Assembly (NCBI GenBank): GCA_963807635.1
Contig: CAWEDJ010000040.1
Coordinates: forward strand, 1 to 64,000
DNA length: 64,000 bases
DNA from: an uncultured cyanobacterium
GTDB lineage: Bacteria > Cyanobacteriota > Cyanobacteriia > Cyanobacteriales > Microcystaceae
Direction: 5' to 3'
Part shown: piece by piece, positions 54,132 to 64,000 of the stretch
Layout: every line of letters starts with the position of its first letter
How positions within the stretch are numbered: position 1 is the stretch's first letter
Position numbers and translations under genes: made by a program
The notes under the pieces: generated by a model
What the model was told of the DNA's origin: nothing
The model's input: only the letters and a program-made list of their open reading frames with translations
Database searches by the model: none

Positions 54132-55804
54132 ATGATTCAGCCCTTACCTACTGGACTTGTAAACCTGATCGCGGCGGGAGAAGTGATTGATCCTTGGCTC
54201 AGTGGTACGGGAATTGGTCGAAAACGCGATCGATGCAGGGGCGACCCATCTCAGGATTCGGCTGAATGCGGAAGAAGGTTCCATTCAAGTGACGGATAAT
54301 GGGCGGGGCATGACCCTAGAAGAACTGCAAACCTGCGCGTTACCCCATACGACAAGTAAAATTCGTGAATTAGCCGATCTTTGGCACATTAAAACCCTCG
54401 GATTTCGGGGGGAAGCATTGCATAGCCTGAGTCAGGTGGCAGAATTAGAAATTAAAAGTCGCTCTGCCCAGGATTTGAATCACACAGGTTGGCAAGTCCG
54501 CTACCATGACAACGGAAAAGCTCAGGAACCGCTCAATGTCGCGATCGCGGTGGGAACCATTATTACCGTTACTGATTTATTTAAAAAAATTCCCCATCGT
54601 CTGTTGGGATTGCCGCCCGTTGCTCAACAATTAAAAACTGTGCAGACCTATCTTCAAAAATACGGCCCTTTGTCATCCCCAGATCACTTGGCAAGTCTGG
54701 CAAAAAGAACAATTGTGGATCAGCATTAGCCCCAGCCAAAACGCCCAAAAGATTTTGCCTCAATTCCTCAAAACTGTTAAATTTAGCGATTTACAGTCCC
54801 TTTCTCTGAAGATTGAAACCCCGACCGATCCCGTTTCCGTTGCAACCTTGGATTTACTGATAGGCTTGCCCGATCGCTGCCATCGTCGTCGCCCCGATTG
54901 GATCAAAGTTGCCATTAATCATCGACCGCTTAAAATCCCAGAGCTAGAACAGACCATTATTTCAACCTTTCATCGCACTCTTCCCCGCGATCGCTTTCCT
55001 GTGTGTTTCGTCCATCTTCAGGTGTGTCCAAGCCAAATCGATTGGAATCGCCACCCCGCTAAAACGGAAATTTATTTGCAATCTCTTCCTTTTTGGCAAA
55101 CTCAAATTACCCAAGCAATTACTCAAGCATTACACCTTAATCTGGATATTTTGCCCGAAAATAGTCACCAACAACGGGTTAATCACCTTCTAAAAGCCGC
55201 AGAAGCCCAAGGAACCTATCAAGTCGATTCTGTGACGACGGAACCCCTGTCCACTCTGGGATTAATGCCCCTAAAGGTGATCGCCCAGGTGAATAAAACC
55301 TATATCATTGCAGAACATGAATCAGGACTTTGGTTAATCGAACAACACATTGCCCAGGAGCGAGTTTTATACGAAAAATTGCAAGATCAATGGCAATTAG
55401 TTAACTTAGAAAAGCCTATTATTCTGAATTATTTAAGTCAAAATCAAGTCGAAAATTTACAACATTTAGGCATAGAAATTGACCCTTTTGGAGAACAAGC
55501 CTGGGCCATTCGTAATGCCCCCGAATTATTAGCTCATCGAGAAGACTGCGCCGAAGCCCTGATAGAACTCAGTTTAGGCGGAGACCTATCCACTGCTCAA
55601 GCCGCGATCGCCTGTCGAACCGCTATTCGCAATGGCATGAATTTAAACCTAGCGGAAATGCAAATGCTTTTAGACCAATGGAAAACAAGTCGTCATCCCC
55701 AAACCTGTCCCCACGGCCGCCCGATTTATTTATCTCTAGAAGAATCCTCCTTAGCCCGTTTCTTTCGCCGTCACTGGATGATCGGAAAAAGTCATGGTAT
55801 TTAG
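54132..55804 (+). CDS. mutL: DNA mismatch repair protein MutL (two apparent frameshifts, ~54195 and ~54660)
   Basis: IAAGEVI, ELVENAIDAGA, DNGRGM, TLGFRGEAL, NRHPAKTE, EQHIAQER, CPHGRP. Confidence 0.93.
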
Positions 55805-55837
55805 GTTAAAATGATTCATTTAATTTTTTTCAAGAAT

Positions 55838-56988
55838 TGTAGGGACATAATATATTATGTCCTCATAGCCATCTGATACCTTTTAATTCCAAATTCGCTT
55901 ATCAAAAACCTATAAACATTATTCTAAAATTATGTCTGTTGTTTTAGTCGAACATTTAAGTAAATTCTATCCCGTCGCTGTCAAATCCCCTGGAATTAAA
56001 GGAACCCTAACCCATTTTTTTAAACGTACCTATCGAGAAGTAAAAGCCGTTCAAGACATTTCTTTTTCCATAGAAGCAGGAGAAATTGTCGGTTTCTTAG
56101 GCCCCAATGGAGCAGGGAAAACGACTACCCTAAAAATGTTAACAGGACTCATTCACCCCTCTCAGGGACAGGTTAGGGTCGCAGGTTATGTTCCTTTTCG
56201 TCGTCAACCCCAATTTTTACAAAAAGCCAGTCTCGTGATGGGACAAAAACAACAATTACTTTGGGATCTTCCCGCTCTCGATTCCCTGAGAATTAATGCG
56301 GCAATTTATAAAATTCCTGACGATATTTTTGAAAAAAGACTTCAAGAATTAGCAGAAATGTTGACCCTACAAAAACAGTTAACCCAACCTGTTCGGAAAC
56401 TCTCTTTAGGAGAGCGGATGAAAGCCGAATTATTAGCAGCCTTATTACACCATCCCCAGGTGTTGTTTCTAGATGAACCGACCCTCGGTTTAGATGTGAA
56501 TGCCCAGGTTGCCGTGCGAAATTTTTTGCAGGAATATAATGAACGTTATCAAGCAACGATTCTGTTAACCAGTCATTATATGGCAGATATTACGGCTCTC
56601 TGTAAACGGGTTTTGTTGATTCACCAAGGACAGTTATTTTATGACGGAGATTTAGAACAGCTTTTAGAACGTTTTGCACCCTATCGAGAAGTTCGGATAG
56701 AATTAGCTAATCTTGTCGCTAAGGAAAAATTAGAAGATTTTGCAGAAATTGAATCAATTGAAGGTCAAGAAGTCCGTTTTTTAGTCAAGCGAGAAAAATT
56801 AACCAGCACCGTTTCTCGAATTTTAGCCCAATTAGAGGTAATTGATTTAAGTGTGACCGATCCTCCCATCGAAGAAGTGATTGGTCGTCTTTTTGAAAAA
56901 GGAAATACTAATTGATCTAAAAATAATTGTTAATAAGTTACATTTTTAAAACAGAAAAATCTTGTAGGGACATAATATATTATGTCCT
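55838..56988 (+). repeat. Two identical GTAG-type REP palindromes at ~55838-55863 and ~56963-56988
   Basis: TGTAGGGACATAATATATTATGTCCT on both sides of the ABC ATPase gene. Confidence 0.75.
55932..56915 (+). CDS. ABC transporter ATP-binding protein
   Basis: GPNGAGKT, LSLGERMK, LFLDEPT, TSH. Confidence 0.92.
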   Translation: MSVVLVEHLSKFYPVAVKSPGIKGTLTHFFKRTYREVKAVQDISFSIEAGEIVGFLGPNGAGKTTTLKMLTGLIHPSQGQVRVAGYVPFRRQPQFLQKASLVMGQKQQLLWDLPALDSLRINAAIYKIPDDIFEKRLQELAEMLTLQKQLTQPVRKLSLGERMKAELLAALLHHPQVLFLDEPTLGLDVNAQVAVRNFLQEYNERYQATILLTSHYMADITALCKRVLLIHQGQLFYDGDLEQLLERFAPYREVRIELANLVAKEKLEDFAEIESIEGQEVRFLVKREKLTSTVSRILAQLEVIDLSVTDPPIEEVIGRLFEKGNTN

Positions 56989-57110
56989 TATTCCATATAA
57001 AATTAAATTACAAAATACTCTCTCAAAAAAACTTTTTTTAAGGTTTATCCTTGACCAATTTAAGAATCGAGATAAAATAAAACCACGCGAATCACCCGAT
57101 ATTACTGTTT

Positions 57111-58007
57111 ATGACCCTTGGACAATCTTTCAAAAATAAAACCCTCATTCAAATTACACCCTATTTATTTCTTCTACCCGCCTTAGCTGTTTTAGGAATA
57201 GCTGTATTTTATCCCGCATTTCAAGCATTTTCTCTCAGCTTCACCCAGTACGACCTCGATTTAACCCAAGCTCCCCAATGGGTCGGTTTAAAGAATTTTC
57301 AGAAATTATTCAACGATAAGGTTTTTTGGCAAACCCTTCGTAATACTTTTTTATACTTAATCGGTGTTGTTCCTATTTTGGTGATTGTTCCCTTGGGTTT
57401 GGCAATTTTAGTGAATCAAAAATTACGAGGAATTCGTTGGTTTCGCATTGCCTATTACACGCCCGTTATTATTTCGATGGTGGTTGCGGGAATTGCCTGG
57501 AAAGCTCTTTATGCCTCCGATGGAATTCTGAATCAATTACTGAAAATAGGGGGATTTACTGAGGGAATTCCTTGGTTAACCAGTCCCGATTTGGCCCTTT
57601 GGAGTGTGATGTTGGTGACGATTTGGAAAGGTTTGGGTTATTATATGGTGATTTATTTGGCGGGATTACAGGGAATTCCCGTTGATTTATACGAAGCCGC
57701 CGCGATCGATGGTTCCGATGGTTGGCAGAAACATTGGGATATTACGATTCCGTTGATGCGTCCCTATTTGTCTTTAGTTGCGGTAATCTCTTCTATTTCT
57801 GCTATGAAAGTGTTTGAAGAGGTTTATATTATGACCCAGGGTGGCCCTTTAAATCATTCCAAAACCGTTGTTTATTATGTCTATGAAAAGGCATTTCAAG
57901 ATCTAGAAATTAACTATGCTTCAGCGATCGGTTTAGTCTTATTTCTATTTATTCTAATTTTATCGATTATTAATCTCAAGATTTCGCGCAATACATCCAC
58001 TTTTTAA
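57111..58007 (+). CDS. Carbohydrate ABC transporter permease (LacF-like)
   Basis: PYLFLLPAL, EAA loop LYEAAAIDG, GGP, YASAIG. Confidence 0.9.
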   Translation: MTLGQSFKNKTLIQITPYLFLLPALAVLGIAVFYPAFQAFSLSFTQYDLDLTQAPQWVGLKNFQKLFNDKVFWQTLRNTFLYLIGVVPILVIVPLGLAILVNQKLRGIRWFRIAYYTPVIISMVVAGIAWKALYASDGILNQLLKIGGFTEGIPWLTSPDLALWSVMLVTIWKGLGYYMVIYLAGLQGIPVDLYEAAAIDGSDGWQKHWDITIPLMRPYLSLVAVISSISAMKVFEEVYIMTQGGPLNHSKTVVYYVYEKAFQDLEINYASAIGLVLFLFILILSIINLKISRNTSTF

Positions 58008-58022
58008 GCCTGAAAATTAGAC

Positions 58023-60018
<1,996 letters not shown>

Positions 60019-60034
60019 GTTTTATTTTATTTTA

Positions 60035-62969
60035 TTATAACAGAGAAAGTTGTTGAGTTTGAATAGGTTTGGGTGGTTTTTCTAAGGTTTTAAGGCAGGG
60101 TAAGCGCAAGAAAAATGTTAACGTAATATGATATACAAAAAAAGATGAAAAAAGATGAAAAAAGTAGAAATAAATCAAGACTCCCAATCAAACCTAGAAA
60201 TTCAAGAAAAATCAACCCGAAAAGCCCAAGAAAGATGGTTATCCTATTTTCAGAGTCTGGAAGACCCCAGAGGCAAACAGGGAAGAGAGCATAATTTTCT
60301 GAGTATCGTAATAATTTCCGTATTAGCCGTAATAGGAGGTGCAGTAGGCTGGGAAGATATAGAATTATATGGAGTGAGTCATGAACAATGGTTGAGAACA
60401 TTTCTAAATCTAGAAAAAGGGATACCAAGTGCAGATACCTATCGACGAGTATTAGCTAGGTTAAAGCCAGAAGCGTTACAGGGATGTTTTCAAGGGTGGA
60501 TAAAGCAAGTGGTAGAGGAGACAGGGGAACAAATTATTCCGATAGATGGTAAAGAGATGAGAGGTTCTTATGACAGAAATTATCAACAAGGGGCATTAAG
60601 AATAGTAAGTGCTTGGGCGATGGAAAATCATTTGATGCTAGGGCAAGTAAAAGTAGATAACAAAAGCAATGAAATAACAGCAATACCGATACTATTAGAG
60701 TCATTAGAGGTTAAGGGCTGCACAATTACAATAGATGCAATGGGAACTCAGAAAGCAATAGCGGAAAAAATTGTAGAAAAGCAAGCAGATTACGTTCTGA
60801 GTTTAAAAAGAAATCACCCCACGTTGCATGATGAGGTAGAGTCATGGTTTGAAAAAGCAGAAGAGCAAAAGTTTCAGGGAGTAAATTTGAGCCATGACTT
60901 GGGCATAGAAGCAGGACATAACCGCCGAGAGAAGCGTGAAATCTGGGCAATTCCTCTAAGCGAAATGGGAGGACTTTATCAAGAAGAAGAATGGGCAGGC
61001 TTGCAAACCATTGTCAGGGTGGAGAGATACCGACATCTCTGGAATAAAACCACTCACGAGATCCAATTCTATCTCACATCGTTACCCTGTTCTGCTCAGG
61101 TTATTGGTCGGGCAATTCGTCAGCATTGGAGTATCGAAAATCAATTACACTGGGTTTTAGATGTCACTTTTAGCGAAGATTCCTCTCGCATTCGTCGTGG
61201 ACATGGAGCGGAAAACTTTACTTTTTTGCGGCGTATGGCTATCGGAATTCTTAATCAAGAAAATAGCAAAAAAAGGAGTCTCAGGCAAAAATCTCGATTG
61301 GCTTCTATGAACTCTCGATATATGCTTCAAGTCCTTACTCAAGCTTTCTTTTCTTAACATTTTTTGTTTCCTTTTTTCTTGCGCTTACCCTGTTAAGGTT
61401 GGCAACATTAAGGCTATAGTCATCATGTCCCCATTCGCATTGATGAAGGACTGATTGGGGGATTTTTGTGATGGTAACTTGAGCAAATTCATCGGGATTA
61501 AGATGATAGGCTTTGCAACAAATGAGCAAGCTCTGGTCTTCTCTTAATTCTTCGTTAATAGCTTTTAGTTGATCATGAGTTAGGGTATTTGTGGTGACAT
61601 AAATATGATCAGATTCGGAAGAGTAGCCTTGATTCCAGTAGTTAGTTTGGCTAGGGGCGTAGGTGAATCCCATCAGTTTACACATGGCTTCCGCTAACAT
61701 TGCAGGATTATATTTGGGTGAAATAATCCAGTTATCATACTTGTCTTTTTCGAGGAGGGAAGGAGCTAATTTAAAGTAACGAAAGCCTCCGCCACCTTCC
61801 CAATTAACAGTTTTGGTAATGCCACCAGGGTCTTCATTATTAATAACTTTTTGTAATCGTGGAATGATGTGAGTATGGCAATGTTCACCGAGTTCAATCA
61901 TGATCCAACGGCGACCCATTTTCTGGGCTACGGCTCCTGTTGTTCCTGAACCTGCAAAGGAGTCTAAAACTAAATCGCCTGGATTTGTAGCAATTTCTAA
62001 AATCCTTTTAATTAATCTTTCTGGTTTAGGAGTATCAAATACATTTTGATTTCCATATAAACGGATCACTTCTTTTTTTGCTTCATCTGTGTGACCAACT
62101 TCATCATGGGGCCACCAATTATGAGGAGTCATACCATCACGAACTTCTGAAAGGAAAAGCTTTAATGCTGGAACTGTGTTATTACCATCTTTCCCCCACC
62201 AAATTCTATTTTCATCAACGTGTTTTTTGTGTGTTTGTGGATCGTATTTCCATGCTTTTTTTGTATTTTTAACAGTGCTTCCAGTATTAGGGTTAATAAT
62301 GTCATAACATAAATTTGGTCGCTTTTCTGGTGTCGCTTGATTAAGATAATCAACGGCCTTCCAAGGCCCTCGCGAGTCATTATCAGGATTTGAATATCTT
62401 GCGCTTGATTCCTCTGTTCTAGGCAATAAATTATTTTTAAACTTATCATTTTTTGCATAGACTAAAATAAAATCACAAATTGTTGCAATTCCTTGAAAAT
62501 TATTACTAACACTATACTTTCTCTGCCAAGTTATTGTTGATTTGTAGTTACTTCTGCCAAAAATCTCATCACACATCACCTTTAAATAATGTGCCTCATT
62601 ATCATCAATCGTGATCCAAATCGAACCATCTTCCGCCAATAAATTCCGCAAAATCTCTAAGCGATCCCTCATCAAACCTAACCAAATAGAATGCTCAACG
62701 CCATCATCATAATGTTCAAAAGCTGATCCCGTATTGTAGGGCGGATCAATAAAAATACATTTCACTTTTCCCGTAAATTCCTGCTCCAACGCCTTCAACA
62801 CCAACAAATTATCGCCAAAAATTAACCGATTATCAAAAATATCCTGATCCGTAACCCGATGCTTGGCATGATAGAATTTTTCCTTATCCTCCAACAAAAT
62901 ACGAGGCTCCAATCTTGGCCGCTCATCCTTGCCAATCCAAGTTAACTCCAAACGCTGCTTTCGACTCAT
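60035..62969 (-). CDS. mod: Type III R-M modification methyltransferase, ISAs1 inserted in the last ~20 codons (current ORF 61335-62969)
   Basis: LELTWIGK, GDNL, IDPPY, TPKPE, DSFAGSGTT, WEGGGGF; original tail NL-KTLEKPPKPIQTQQLSLL* lies at 60035-60095. Confidence 0.88.
60096..61392 (+). mobile_element. ISAs1-family element; transposase 60155-61357
   Basis: 20-bp TIRs CAGGGTAAGCGCAAGAAAAA; TTAAGG duplicated on both flanks; EDPR, IDGK, KSNEITA, IDAMG.Q, HWSIEN.LHW.LD. Confidence 0.93.
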
Positions 62970-63064
62970 TTATACCCAAATTTCGTTCATAGCCAACTTT
63001 TACAGTTTAACAGATTAGTCCAAATTATATTCAACAGCCTCAAAATGAACCCTAGCCAATTCGA

Positions 63065-63397
63065 CTAAGCGAGTAAAATGTTCTGCAATTTTTCTATCCA
63101 ATCTGTTATCCCCCGATAGGAAAATTCCCAGTCTGATAAATCAATTTCCCAAAGTTTTTCTACTTTCTCTTCGAGATAATTAATAAAGTCTTCATCCTGT
63201 TGAATTTTTTGAAAAAAAGTAGGATAATCAAGTTAATATTTTATTTCATAATCACAATTTTTTTGCTTTAATTCAACAATTTTAGCGGTTATTTTTTCAA
63301 TGGTATAACGTTGAACTGCTAAATTAATTGCGGATGGTAGATCACCAAAGTTACCGAGTATTTCAGCATAATCTTCTTTAATTGCAATATTTATCAT
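63065..63397 (-). pseudogene. Small hypothetical (antitoxin-like) ORF with an internal TAA at codon 55
   Basis: Manual translation MINIAIKEDYAEIL..YEIKY*LDYPTFFQKI..WIEKLQNILLA*. Confidence 0.45.
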
Positions 63398-63742
63398 GAC
63401 TGCTATCTTCCCCTATGCAAAGTTTTTTCTAGTTGGTTGTGGAGATCACTGATCATTTTTCTCATCATAGCGAGTAATCTTCAGATCCGCATAAACTTCT
63501 GACACGATCGCCAACCGTTGACAATTCCCCATAAAACCTGATCGCATTTTTTCCGTCGTATTTTAAAGAATGATCAAAAGGAATCGTTCCTAACAGAAAT
63601 AATTTTAGGCGGAAATTTGTTAATTGATAAGCCTGTTTAACAAGCATTTGTCAGCGATCGCCCTGGTCAGAAAATACAAGGATTTAGCTTGCTAGGCATT
63701 AAAATAAAGATAACGCTTGCCTTCGGCCTATCTCCTTTTTTT

Positions 63743-64000
63743 ATGTCGTCTCAACCTGACTTAGTTAGAAAATTTTCATCTCAACATTCTCATTACCGCA
63801 TACTAGGATTGATAGGTCAGGGGCAATTTGGGCGGGTTTATTGTGCCTTGCATCGTCAATCGGGTCGCATCTACGGACTTAAGGATTTAGAACATAAAGT
63901 TTTTCCGACTAACAAATTTTTACGGGAATTAGCCTATTTAGTCACCCTCCGCCATCCCAATATTGTTACCTGCTATGCGGTGGAATATCATCCCCTCGGT
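63743..64000 (+). CDS. Ser/Thr protein kinase, partial (runs off the window)
   Basis: YRILGLIGQGQFGRVY..LKDL..FLREL..LRHPNIV. Confidence 0.85.
   Translation, partial: MSSQPDLVRKFSSQHSHYRILGLIGQGQFGRVYCALHRQSGRIYGLKDLEHKVFPTNKFLRELAYLVTLRHPNIVTCYAVEYHPLG

Noticed and set aside
63465..63647. 60-aa ORF as toxin partner of the 63065-63397 pseudogene
   Set aside because: No recognisable motif; cannot be supported.

Overview
Cyanobacterial chromosome segment: HIP1 (GCGATCGC) is abundant, and raf1, psb28-2, petM, petJ and nblB are present. A Synechocystis/Microcystis-like freshwater lineage is inferred. The left end holds the CRISPR half of a type V-K CRISPR-associated transposon (CAST): tracrRNA, cas12k, divergent MerR-type cvkR and type I R-M cargo. 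This half is cut off at ~6.1 kb by a small IS1634-like element and an IS630. No tnsB/tnsC/tniQ and no CRISPR repeats are in the window. An orphan V-K-like transposon end (TGTACAG plus two TnsB-site-like repeats) sits at 17835, facing away from cas12k, which suggests the CAST was broken by IS-mediated inversion or deletion. The rest is housekeeping genes (pdxA, rpoZ, dnaX with a 129-aa mini-intein, purT, tatC, rfbB, mutL, tRNA-Arg) interleaved with about 10 IS elements. There are also AT-rich defence/toxin-antitoxin cassettes (Septu-like ATPase+HNH, GmrSD-like, BrnTA, MazF, type III mod), often bounded by HIP1 sites, and a CBS-PAS-GAF histidine kinase with a green/red cyanobacteriochrome-type GAF. 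Many single-base frameshifts in conserved genes are probably sequencing indels. All family assignments come from motif recognition, not database searches.
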